DNA of 64,000 nt. Source: Paraphysomonas bandaiensis. Lineage: Eukaryota > Protista > Chrysophyceae. Of this stretch, positions 10,612-21,300 are shown one piece after another. The DNA is taken from positions 1-64,000 of the forward strand of contig CBFFRP010000110.1 in assembly GCA_965644295.1 (NCBI GenBank), written 5' to 3'. The position numbers were made by a program, and so were the translations under genes. The notes beneath the pieces were generated by a model that was not told the origin of the DNA, did no database searches, and saw nothing but the letters and a program-made list of their open reading frames with translations. How positions within the stretch are numbered: the stretch's first letter is position 1; every line of letters begins with the position of its first letter.

Positions 10612-13600
10612 ATGGCAGCGGATGGAAATTTCACGAATGTCGCCTCAGGCTCAAAGGTACCTCCCTTCGAGGAACTGAACTTCAAGAAATTCAAGAAGTT
10701 CTTCACCTCATTCCTCATGAGACACAATCGAGCTCATCTTGTCCTCTCAAAGGATAAACCAAGGCACATTCATGATCTAGACTCTACAGTCCCAGCGGGA
10801 GCTCATATGACTGATGCACAGAAGAAGCGACTACGCAAAGCGAAGAAACTCTGGAACACCCGGAACGAGACCGCGTACTCCTTCCTGATGGAAGTGTGCA
10901 ATGCTCACCCAAAAGCAGGCACAACAGCGGCTCTCTACGAAGGAAGTACAGCAAAAGGGTTACTACAGGCACTGGAAGAGAGATTTCTCAATGTTGAAAA
11001 GAATACAGTACAGGCAGAGGTCACAAAGTTCAATTCAATGAAGATTACCTCAAGTCAGTCAGGAGCAGAGTTCGTCGACAGCGTTGAAGCCCAGGCCAAG
11101 ATTCTCGAGAATCTAGGTCGTGAAGTCACGGAAGACGACAAGCTCACTCGACTAAAGGAAGGTCTCACAGACAAGAGATATTCCCAACTAGCACACAGCC
11201 TGTATACAGCAAACGATGTGACATACGCAAGAGCAAGCAGCCTAATCAAAGGGTATGAAAACACATCATTCGGCAAGCATGCGTTGCAAAATTCAGGGGA
11301 AGACAGTGTCAATCAAGCAGTGGATGACAGTAAATGGAAAGAGCACAAGAGAAAGGGCAGATGCAATAAGTGCAAGAAACTTGGCCACTTTGCTAGGGAG
11401 TGCAAGACTCCAGAGCATGTCATAAAGAGGATGAAGGGGACAAGATCACAGAGAAAAGATAGAGATCACAGAAACAGGGGTGATAACAAAACAAAGCTAC
11501 CTGTGTGTGAGATATGTGACATCCCAGGCCATCAGACTAAAGACTGCTTCCACTTGAAGACTGCTAAAGCTGCAGTGGTCAGTTCTAAACGGGGGCGAGA
11601 CTCTAGAAGGGAAACGGCACCCTACAAGAACAAGAAGAAACCGCGAGTGTCTGTACATGATTCAGAAGATGAAGCGGGATACGAATCGATGATATGTGTG
11701 GAAGAAGAGGTGAATCTAGCACAGAGCATGTCAGATGTTATTTATTTAGACAGCGGGTGCAACAAGATGATCCTTACCTCCAAAAACCACATGACCAACC
11801 TTCAGCGCGCTGATAGGCAGATGTCCACAGCGAACAAAGGTAAACTGTCAATACACAGTGTTGGCGATGTAGGAAGCTTTAAAAAGGTGTACTACGCACC
11901 TGAAGCAAGTAAGAACCTCGTAGATATGAAGAGCATCACAGATAGGGGTTGTGTTGTGACGTTCGATAATGATGAAGTCGTCATTCGAAATAAGACTACG
12001 AACAAGACACTCATTAGACAGAGAAGTGTTAATGGATTATATCCAGTTCGACTCGAAGACTTACTTCAGCTTGGAGAAGAATCCTCAGCAGCACTTGAGG
12101 AGCAGGGGTTTGATGACCAGCGAATTCTATGGCACAAAAGACTTGGCCATGTCAACTATGATAAACTGACTGAGTCCGACCGCCGAGGCCTAGTTGATGG
12201 AATAAATCTGGACAAGAAATATTTCAGAAAAAAACACAAAAAAACGATATGCAAATGTAATACCTGCATGCGATCGAAACTCACGAGAAAGAACTTCAGG
12301 ACTCCACGCCAGTTGATGAACTTAGACAACAACCCAAAGGAGAGAGGGGTGCTCAGTGCAGATACGATGGAAGTCCTAAACACGCCATCGATGGAAGGCT
12401 ACAAACATGTGTTACTATTCAAGCACAGTGATGCAAAACATGTATGGGCTTATGGGTTGAAAAACAAGACTGGGAGTGAAGTGTTAAAGTGTATGAAGGA
12501 CATGGTAGAGACCCAACTTGTCAAAGAAGGATTGCAACTACGACGATATCATGCAGATGGCGCAGGAGAACTAGTAGGGCAACATGTCAGGCAGTACTTA
12601 CGTGAAACCACCAGCACAAGGACTGTACAGGTTACTTGGACTCCACGTGACACACCCGAAATGAATTCGCTATCGGAACGCACTAATCGTACAGTGAAGG
12701 AGATGGCCCTTGCTATATTGCTCGATAGTGGCATGCCATCAGTATTTTGGTTCAAAGCAGTCTTGCATGCTGTATATCTGATCAACAGGTTACCTACGAA
12801 GACAACGAAAGGATACATCTCACCTTTTGAGTATATTACTGGAACCGCACCAGATGTGAGTGACTTGAAGATCTGGGGCTGCAAGGCATGGGCTATTGTG
12901 CCGAAGGAGCAGCGCCGCAAAGAGTGGAAAGAAAAGGGAAAACCTGGATACTATATGGGACAATGTCAACAACCTGTTGGACACCAAATATATATTCCAG
13001 ACCTGAATGCTATTATTGTTGCAGTCAATGCACAGTTTGATGAGTCAATTCCAGAGCGTTCACAGGAGTATTTCGACGAAATAGATAATCTACAAATCGA
13101 CACCTCAGAAACAGCAGAGAGTGTAAATGACTATCAGTACCTGGTGGGCCTCAGACATCTTGATGGACACCTGTGTTATGTTACCACCAGAGTGATAGAG
13201 AGAAGAGGAGTCATTGTTGCATATAGGAGATTAGATATGAAAGGAAATACTACCGAGGAGCAAACTCCAATTCATATCAAAGATGTAGTAAAGATGACTC
13301 ACTCTACAAAGTGTCAGACCGACAAGTTTAATAGTTTGCGAAATGAGTTGGATCAGACTTGTAATGACAGTGACAATGAACAGAGGACTCCTGACCGCTC
13401 AAATCGGGGCGCATCTTCAACAGGTGGGGCAGATCGAAATCCCAGAACTGAAAAACGACCTCGAAAAAAACGGCACATTGTTAACGTTGGTGTCCTCGGC
13501 GATGTCTCATTGTTTCTTGATTCCTCCAACAGCACAATTAAAGAGCCACAGACGCTGGCAGAAGCAAAGAAGACTCCACAGAGAACATACTGGATTGAAG

Positions 13601-15129
13601 CTACCAGGAAGGAGGTGCACAAGCTTGAACGAAGGACATGCTGGAAGATTGTCCGAAGGCCGAAACACCGAAAAATCATAAAATCTAAATTGGTCTTTAA
13701 AGTAAAGCGCGACCATCTTGGAAAAATTAAGAAGTTCAAAGTTCGACTTGTGGCGAAAGGGTTTACTCAAGAACAAGGAGTCGACTATAATGAGACATTC
13801 TCCCCAGTAGCTAAAGGTGTATCATTTAGGCTAGCACTGGCACTGGCTCTGCGATACAATCTGCAACTCCGTCAACTCGATGTAGAAACGGCATTTCCGT
13901 ATGCAGATCTGGACGAAGACGTGTTTATGTCTCCACCTGCAGGAATAGATATTCCACAAGGCTGTTGTTTGAAGATTCTGAAGAGTTTGTATGGCCTAAA
14001 ACAAGCGCCTCGAAATTGGCATTCAATGCTGAAGGACAGTATAAAGGCGATGGGGTATAAACAATGTGTTCTTGACCCATGTTTATTTGTACTCAAGGGT
14101 ACTGATGATAACCTACATATGATACTTGTGTATGTAGATGATATCATTGTGCTCAGCTCTGACAGCCGTCATATTGAAGAAGTCATCAGCGCCTTTAAGA
14201 CTCAATATGCCATGCAAGATATGGGGGACCTTAAGCATTATTTAGGTCTTACCATTGAGCGTCATAATGGCCAGATTAAGTTACATCAGTCTGCATATGC
14301 TAAAGATGTTGTGGCCAGATTCAATCACTTGTTGTCAGAAAAGAAGAGACGGTGCAAGGCAACCACACCTCTACCACCTGGCCTAAAGTTGTCCAAGGAT
14401 GCAAAAGAGGAAGAAACTCGAAAACAGAGAGAATACGTTGATGCATTTCCCTATCAATCTGTTATTGGTGCCTTAATGTATTTGGCAGTGCATACTAGAC
14501 CAGACATGGCATATACAGTAAATCTTCTCTCCCGGTTCACCACAAGACCCACGTACGCTGCATGTCAAGCTGCTCTGCATACTTTATTGTATTTAGAAAA
14601 TACAGTTGATCAAGGTATCATATTTCCTAATTTCACAGATGAAGACCCTCTATGTGTGTACTCTGATGCAGATTGGGCCGGAGATCTGGATACATGCAGA
14701 TCCACTACAGGGTATATCGTATATCTGTGGGGTGCTCCAATTGCATGGCAGTCCAGACTGCAGCCAACAGTGGCTACGTCGACTATGGAAGCTGAATATA
14801 TGGCTGCATATGCTGCAATTCAGGAGATTGTATGGATACGAGGGGTGATGACAGAGCTCGGAATTCGTGGATTTGAGCTCAGTAAGAATGCGTCTCCAAC
14901 AATCTTGAATATGGACAGCAAGAGTGCGATTGATCTAGCTCAGAACCCGGTAAATCATAAACGTTCCAAGCATATTCGGATCAAGTATCATTGGATTCGA
15001 GAGCAAGTGGGAGGCTGTATCGTCAGGCTGAATCATGTGCCAACGGCAGAGATGACAGCAGACGTGATGACTAAAGCCTTGTCCGAGAAGCTGCACTATC
15101 AGCATGTGCACACTATGGTATCGCACTAA
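10612..15129 (+). CDS. Copia gag-pol polyprotein (1505 aa): gag, 2 CCHC knuckles, protease, integrase, RT, RNase H
   Basis: CNKCKKLGHFAREC and CEICDIPGHQTKDC; YLDSGC; LWHKRLGH; DDE core; LKSLYGLKQAPRNW and YVDD; YSDADWAG and RSKHI. The integrase-before-RT order defines copia. Confidence 0.97.
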   Translation: MAADGNFTNVASGSKVPPFEELNFKKFKKFFTSFLMRHNRAHLVLSKDKPRHIHDLDSTVPAGAHMTDAQKKRLRKAKKLWNTRNETAYSFLMEVCNAHPKAGTTAALYEGSTAKGLLQALEERFLNVEKNTVQAEVTKFNSMKITSSQSGAEFVDSVEAQAKILENLGREVTEDDKLTRLKEGLTDKRYSQLAHSLYTANDVTYARASSLIKGYENTSFGKHALQNSGEDSVNQAVDDSKWKEHKRKGRCNKCKKLGHFARECKTPEHVIKRMKGTRSQRKDRDHRNRGDNKTKLPVCEICDIPGHQTKDCFHLKTAKAAVVSSKRGRDSRRETAPYKNKKKPRVSVHDSEDEAGYESMICVEEEVNLAQSMSDVIYLDSGCNKMILTSKNHMTNLQRADRQMSTANKGKLSIHSVGDVGSFKKVYYAPEASKNLVDMKSITDRGCVVTFDNDEVVIRNKTTNKTLIRQRSVNGLYPVRLEDLLQLGEESSAALEEQGFDDQRILWHKRLGHVNYDKLTESDRRGLVDGINLDKKYFRKKHKKTICKCNTCMRSKLTRKNFRTPRQLMNLDNNPKERGVLSADTMEVLNTPSMEGYKHVLLFKHSDAKHVWAYGLKNKTGSEVLKCMKDMVETQLVKEGLQLRRYHADGAGELVGQHVRQYLRETTSTRTVQVTWTPRDTPEMNSLSERTNRTVKEMALAILLDSGMPSVFWFKAVLHAVYLINRLPTKTTKGYISPFEYITGTAPDVSDLKIWGCKAWAIVPKEQRRKEWKEKGKPGYYMGQCQQPVGHQIYIPDLNAIIVAVNAQFDESIPERSQEYFDEIDNLQIDTSETAESVNDYQYLVGLRHLDGHLCYVTTRVIERRGVIVAYRRLDMKGNTTEEQTPIHIKDVVKMTHSTKCQTDKFNSLRNELDQTCNDSDNEQRTPDRSNRGASSTGGADRNPRTEKRPRKKRHIVNVGVLGDVSLFLDSSNSTIKEPQTLAEAKKTPQRTYWIEATRKEVHKLERRTCWKIVRRPKHRKIIKSKLVFKVKRDHLGKIKKFKVRLVAKGFTQEQGVDYNETFSPVAKGVSFRLALALALRYNLQLRQLDVETAFPYADLDEDVFMSPPAGIDIPQGCCLKILKSLYGLKQAPRNWHSMLKDSIKAMGYKQCVLDPCLFVLKGTDDNLHMILVYVDDIIVLSSDSRHIEEVISAFKTQYAMQDMGDLKHYLGLTIERHNGQIKLHQSAYAKDVVARFNHLLSEKKRRCKATTPLPPGLKLSKDAKEEETRKQREYVDAFPYQSVIGALMYLAVHTRPDMAYTVNLLSRFTTRPTYAACQAALHTLLYLENTVDQGIIFPNFTDEDPLCVYSDADWAGDLDTCRSTTGYIVYLWGAPIAWQSRLQPTVATSTMEAEYMAAYAAIQEIVWIRGVMTELGIRGFELSKNASPTILNMDSKSAIDLAQNPVNHKRSKHIRIKYHWIREQVGGCIVRLNHVPTAEMTADVMTKALSEKLHYQHVHTMVSH

Positions 15130-15177
15130 GTAGACTTGCTCATCACAGTATATTCTGATATGTTCATTGAGTGGGAG

Positions 15178-15484
15178 TATTGAACTACAACCAACTCCTA
15201 CGTGCGTACTTGAAGTTTGGTAAAGTCAATCGCTAGTAGTTATCCTGTATTCTATGTAGCAATGAAATACAGAATATACATGACTACAGTATAGGAGTAG
15301 CTATTACAAGTATACAAAGAAACTGAAAATATAGTAGCTGTTAAAGATATGATTTGTAGAACAGAATGTTGATGTTGGTGAATGACGTGGTTCCTAACTC
15401 ACAGGGCTACAACATCATAAACTTACTATATCTCCTATAATATCAATCAGTCAATATTGCACTAACTAAAAGCGTAAATTAATA
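15178..15484 (+). repeat. 3' LTR of copia copy 1 (307 bp, TATT...AATA)
   Basis: Matches 23892-24198 and 28764-29070. Confidence 0.95.
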
Positions 15485-16071
15485 CAACCACTTTCGCTCT
15501 ATCACTCAAAGCAAACGCAGTGAGCAAGCAGAATGTTCATATACCTCACATTTACCAGATTGCCAAAATCAGAAGGGTATATTGTTGCTTCCATTGGTGC
15601 CTGCCGTGAGGTACATAAGGCAGCCCCCGATGTAAATTGCACAAAATGTATGTGTATGGTTGTTACCAGGCCCTGGCATAAACAGCTAGCCATTGATTAC
15701 TAACCAAACCCAACAAAAACATCGCCAGATCTATTATAGCAGATTGTGGTTTATGAGTGTGCAAGCTGTCGCTATGACTTATCGTGTCGTGTATGTATAT
15801 CTGTAAAATTAACCCTTCTCACAGCTTACGTATACAACGCAAGCCATATCCTCATATTCAAATAAAACTGTTCCGATAACATTATAATTACGAAAGACTT
15901 TGTCACAATTGACTGGTCAATTAACAACGCAATTAACCGACACCAAATGAAGGAAGAAGCACAGCTGTATCTACACTGTTGTCTAGTTACTGTTAAAAAA
16001 AACTTACAGCCCACGCGCAACTGGAGGTCCTCTCTGCACGTACATATCATAAACTCAAAGCAGGCATACAC

Positions 16072-18069
16072 TTATGTACTCACCAAAGGAGACCGGGTAG
16101 GCACAGAACGTGAGCCCTCGCCTCTAGATGAGTCATCAAATGCACCATGCATACTCCACGGTGCTACTGATCCATGTTGAGAGTCAGTGGACACAGGGAG
16201 ACGGTCGTTGTTGGCTTGCTTCTTCTTATATTGTGTGTAATACCACACCCCGGCGATGGCAGCAGGGACAAGAATAAGACACACTGCGAGCAAGGCGTCT
16301 AATTCAACCTCGCCGGTAATAGCATAATACGTCTGCTCTTTGCTTTTGCTAGTAGATGGGCTCATTGTAGGGGGAGCGTAGATGTAGGCCGCGCCGGTGT
16401 TCTCCTCAACGCCATCAGCCATATATGCGCCAATAAATAGCACGTTCTCATGGATGTCTACTGCGTAGCCAAAGGCATCGTAGGCGGAGGTGCCGTTGGG
16501 TAACAACTTAAACTCCTGTCTCCATGTTGTTCCAGACCGTGCGAATACGTAGGCAGCCCCGTTACTGGCTCCTCGGTAACTGTAGTGCCCCTGGTACTGT
16601 TGACAATCGGGAGGAGAATTAGGGCCACAATTCTCGCCGTGTTCCGGGCCACCACCCTGAAGTACGCGTTGTCCATTAACTTCTAGCATGCGATGTCCCT
16701 CTGGACCCTCATGCTCCTCTTTTCCCTGTTCTCCCCAAGCCCCTATGACAACTGTATCCTTGTAGATCGCTACGCTCCAGCCAAACTTGTCCTCAGTCAT
16801 GCCATCATGAGCAATGATCTTGGCCTGCAAGTACCAGGAGCCGGATGAGTCCTGATCGTAGATATACGCAGCACCGGAATTGTCCCAGTGGCCGTGCGCA
16901 TAATATGCCCCAACTACAACAGTCCTATCATATATACCAACAGAGTGTCCAAACTTGAAGTTTGCATATGAAGCGTCATCGTTATTTGAGCTCTCATAAG
17001 GAGTGACCTTAGCCTGCTGTTGCCAAGATCCCCAATGGATAAAAATGTAGGCAGCTCCCGCATCTGCACCGGCCTCCTCATCACCTGAAGCTCCAACAAC
17101 AATCAAACTCTTATAGATCGCAAGCGATGAAGCAAAATTATCGAATTGGCCTGCATCCTCCGATGTAAGTTTGGTGACCATAACCCACGAGTCATAGTCT
17201 TCGTCATAATCAAAAACGTAGGCAGCCCCTGCGGCCGTTCCGCCGTGGTCATCACCAGCTGCCCCGATTACACAGGTGGTGTCGTACATAGCAATGGCAC
17301 CGCCAAAGTAGTGATAATCATGGGCATCACCTACAGAAAGAGTTGAAGTCTGAGACCACAATCCAGTTGACTCAAAGCGGCTGAAAACAAAGGCAGCACC
17401 GCCCTCGTCATGAGCATCTGCATGCTTGTGGGCACCAACAATGATGGTGTCGTTCCACACCGCTGCAGCGTAACCGAACTCGCTATTTTCAGAGTAGTGT
17501 TCATCTAACTTGTACTCACACCCATCCTTGTTGCAGTGCTCCTCCCACTTTTCGAGGTGCAGTTTCTGAACAAAATACCAAGGTGTGGATCCATCATCGT
17601 AGTACGGATACGAAGTGGCGTTAGTGGAATAAATATATACAGCTCCTGACTTTTCTCCGTAATCCTTAGCCCCATAGGCACCAACAACAGCAGTGGTGTG
17701 GTGAATATGAGTGTGAGATCCGTACATATCCATTTCAGTTCCGTCGAGAGGATAAACTTTTGTTTCGACTGTGTCTCCGAAGTCAATCGTATAAACAAAG
17801 GTGGGCTCTGGTGTAGTGGGGCTCACAGAGGGCACTAATGTCGGCACAGAAGTTGGATGACAGTGGTCATTAGGGGGCTCGCAGTGGTGTTCATGGTCCC
17901 ATTCGTCCCAGGAGTGGTCTGGCTCCTCGTGCTCTCCTTCTCCTTCGCCATGCTCTCCTTCACCTTCACCTTCACCTTCACCTTCACCAGGTTCCTGACA
18001 AAACACTTGCTCCAAGTGCACTGTAAATAGAAGCGCGAAAATAAGTAGCCAAAAATTTAAGCACTTCAT
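16072..18069 (-). CDS. Type I membrane protein with FG-GAP (integrin-alpha-type beta-propeller) repeats
   Basis: Intronless 665 aa. Signal peptide, GE/His-rich stretch, ~7 repeats of FG.(S/A)VAI...(V/I)VGA......GAAY(V/I)F, a TM helix (ALLAVCLILVPAAIAGVWYY) and a short basic tail. Confidence 0.88.
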   Translation of the reverse strand: MKCLNFWLLIFALLFTVHLEQVFCQEPGEGEGEGEGEGEHGEGEGEHEEPDHSWDEWDHEHHCEPPNDHCHPTSVPTLVPSVSPTTPEPTFVYTIDFGDTVETKVYPLDGTEMDMYGSHTHIHHTTAVVGAYGAKDYGEKSGAVYIYSTNATSYPYYDDGSTPWYFVQKLHLEKWEEHCNKDGCEYKLDEHYSENSEFGYAAAVWNDTIIVGAHKHADAHDEGGAAFVFSRFESTGLWSQTSTLSVGDAHDYHYFGGAIAMYDTTCVIGAAGDDHGGTAAGAAYVFDYDEDYDSWVMVTKLTSEDAGQFDNFASSLAIYKSLIVVGASGDEEAGADAGAAYIFIHWGSWQQQAKVTPYESSNNDDASYANFKFGHSVGIYDRTVVVGAYYAHGHWDNSGAAYIYDQDSSGSWYLQAKIIAHDGMTEDKFGWSVAIYKDTVVIGAWGEQGKEEHEGPEGHRMLEVNGQRVLQGGGPEHGENCGPNSPPDCQQYQGHYSYRGASNGAAYVFARSGTTWRQEFKLLPNGTSAYDAFGYAVDIHENVLFIGAYMADGVEENTGAAYIYAPPTMSPSTSKSKEQTYYAITGEVELDALLAVCLILVPAAIAGVWYYTQYKKKQANNDRLPVSTDSQHGSVAPWSMHGAFDDSSRGEGSRSVPTRSPLVST

Positions 18070-18371
18070 TATTTCCTAAAGTCTATCAAATAATGTACTA
18101 ACTACTACAATGACTGTAAGCTACAACTACCTGCTACAACAAGCGGTATCCCCTCATTCGTGGTGACAGGACGAAATATTCACTTAAAAATTGGATTTTA
18201 TTGAGAATCTTGAAAGGACAGGACGACCATTTTTCAGTTTTTTGGAAAAGAGGTGAAAGTGACCGTTGACTTCATTTGAAGTGAAGTGAAGTGAAGTGAG
18301 AATGAACGAGACGTATGGTTTAATAGGAAATATTCAGACATTAAAACTTATATTATATATACATATAAACC

Positions 18372-21300
18372 ATGGCCATGGAAGCACCTGCTTGGGAAAC
18401 CAGTAAAGAGAATGTGCAACCTTTAAAAGTTGGCAGAAGGGTTCGTAATATAGAGGAAGCGAGAAGTAAGGATCAAGGGACCTTACAAGAGGAGGAAAGG
18501 TTAGTTATAGATATGTACTATAGTAGCGGGTCACACCATACATCTCTTGTAGAGAACTGTTACAGGAGATTGAATCGTCAAAAGACCTGGAAGATCCGCT
18601 CAATTCATGGCTGAAGTGAGTGCTTTTCATTATAGTAAACATCTAGTAAACACACACCTCCTCAGGTATATTAAATGGGCGAGAGCTAACTTTCCAACAA
18701 ATTCGTCGAAGACTCTTGAAATCCTTGAGCTTTGTACGAACAGCCTTAAGAACGTTGATGCGTATAGAAACGACCCAAGATATGTCAAAGTGTGGATTGA
18801 ATATGTAAGTTGTTTTTCCGATATCGTTCATTACTTAATATTCGTTTTGAAGGCTGATATGCTGCAGACACCTGGAGAAGTTTTTACATTCATGCAAGTT
18901 AATAAGATTGGCATTAAAGTGTCGCTTTATTGGATCGCATGGGCTTTTGTTGTCGAAAAACTAGGAAACTTCGCTATGACTGACAAAATATTCCAAAAGG
19001 GTCTGAGAATGTGAGAAGTTCTTTTGTGCATATATACTGTTTTATATCTTTATAGGCAAGCTGAACCAAAAGATTTACTACAAAAGCGTTACCAGCAGTT
19101 TCAACGTCGACTTGCTAGACACTATCTGAATTTGTCTGAAGCTGGAGACTCTGCAGATGCTCCCGGGGAAGACAGGAGTAAAGAAAAGCAACGCTCTGCA
19201 TTGAAACAGCTAGATCATGGTAGATCTCAGCAGTCTGCTGGTTTGCCACAGCAAAAGCGCGTAACATCAGAGTCTAAAACTAGTATCAAGCGAGATAATT
19301 TTACGGTGTACTCGGAAAATGCTGTATCTGTGAGTAGCACAAATTCGGAAGCGGCGTTGTCTGATGGAGCCAGAGAATCCTGGACTACTTTTGCTCCAGA
19401 GAAAGTGCAGTGCAAGGAAAACACTGGTGTTACATCTAAGTGGAACGAGGGTCCGTTGCGGGCGAACAATATTTCTTCCAGAGATGGTGGCTTACGAACA
19501 CAACAAAACATCACTGCGACTGAAATATTCGTGGATCCAGAGTTTATGACATCAGAAACGGATTCACAACAAAGTAATTGATGTAGTTATGTTGACTGTA
19601 GCATAAATTAATATTCTTGCACAGGATATACCAAAGATAAGGGAGACGCTGCTAAAGGTTTGAGCATCAGGAAGCGCTTGGAGCAGGGAGAAGACGTAAT
19701 AGGATCTCGTACAGCTGAGATGATTCACCGTAATCCTCTTGCATTACATAAAATGAAAGAGGAGACAGAAAGAACAGAAAAAGATATTTTACATGTTCCT
19801 AAATCCGAAGAAAGTGTCCCCAATGCTTCTGGATTTAGTATTTTCTCTGATAGTGATGCTGCGCCCTCAGGAGAGAAGTCAAGTCGTAAGGAGACGAGTA
19901 TCAAATCATCTAAGCCAAAAGAGGCTACGGTAGCTGGAGGATTCAGTATTTTCACTGATAGTGATGCCGCGCCCTCTCGTAAGGAGACGAGTATCAAATC
20001 ATCTAAGCCAAAAGAGGCTACGGTAGCTGGAGGATTCAGTATTTTCTCTGATAGTGATGCTGCGCCATCAGGAGAGAAGTCAAGTCGTAAGGAGACGAGT
20101 ATCAAATCATCTAAGCCAAAAGAGGCTACGGTAGCTGGAGGATTCAGTATTTTCTCTGATAGTGATGCTGCGCTCTCAGGAGAGAAGTCAAGTCGTAAGG
20201 AGACGAGTATCAAATCATCTAAGCCAAAAGAGGCTACGGTAGCTGGAGGATTCAGTATTTTCACTGATAGTGATGCTGCGCCCTCTCGTAAGGAGACGAG
20301 TATCAAATCATCTAAGCCAAAAGAGGCTACGGTAGCTGGAGGATTCAGTATTTTCACTGATAGTGATGCTGCGCCCTCAGGAGAGAAGTTTAGTCGTAAG
20401 GAGACGAGTATCAAATCATCTAAGCCAAAAGAGGCTACGGTAGCTGGAGGATTCAGTATTTTCTCTGATAGTGATGCTGCACTCTCAGGAGAGAAGTCAA
20501 GTCGTAAGGAGACGAGTATCAAATCATCTAAGCCAAAAGAGGCTACGGTAGCTGGAGGATTCAGTATTTTCCCTGATAACCATTCCTCGGCAGTAGGTAC
20601 TTTTTATACGTTTTAAGTATCGCTCTTATCAGTATTTCTAGATTCGGAAGAAGAGAATGAAAAATTGTGTGCAGAGTTTGAAATTTTAAGTGGCGAAAAT
20701 GAGACCATCAATACGAAGCTTGCCAAAATGGATATTGATCAAATGTTTTTTGAAGAGCCGATGAATTTTGTTGATAAGAACAGCGAGAACTGTGGAGCAA
20801 TAAATGGGAATGCTTTGGAATGCATGTCACCATTGCCTCAAACTGCAGACAATAATGGGTCTTGTTTACACCTGATGGATGACTCTTCATTGAATTTTGA
20901 ACCTACTCGGGATTTCACGAATGGAAATACTCATGAGAAAATGTTGAAGGAATGCGGTAGAGATGGTGATACGTACTTCCGGTACAGTTCCTGTAGCTCA
21001 AGTAGTAAACGAAGTAAAAGCAACAGGTGTGTTTGACTTGTCTTATCAAGATAGTATGAAATCACACTGAAAATAGGTCTAGTGATGGTAGCACTGGAAG
21101 CAGAGAAGAGCATAATTCCCTTTTCATATCTCCTGCATCAGACTGTAGTAGAAGTAGATTACATGGAAGGCCTTTGTATGACGGTGGTCGGGGATGTGCT
21201 GTGGAGGTAATTAGAGATGGAAGTGATAACGAATCCGAAATCGGGCTGAATGATCTTTGTAATGTGGACTGTTCCAGAAGAAATAATAAGGTAAACAAAC

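Larger units (their letters stand above)
10514..15484 (+). mobile_element. Ty1/copia LTR retrotransposon copy 1 (5' LTR truncated to its last ~99 bp; 3' LTR 15178-15484)
   Basis: Same sequence as copy 2 at an offset of 13586 bp. PPT GAGTGGGAG at 15169-15177. No TSD at the truncated 5' junction. Confidence 0.95.

Noticed and set aside
10784-15126. Small overlapping and antisense ORFs within the copia elements
   Set aside because: Short, with no motifs. They recur only because the element is duplicated.
18278-18299. (GAAGT)n microsatellite in the FG-GAP/BUB1 divergent promoter
   Set aside because: Only about four units, with no evidence of function.
19725-20522. 265-aa antisense ORF in the BUB1 repeat (likewise the 133-aa antisense ORFs at 40037-41914)
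   Set aside because: These are shadows of stop-free tandem repeats on the opposite strand.
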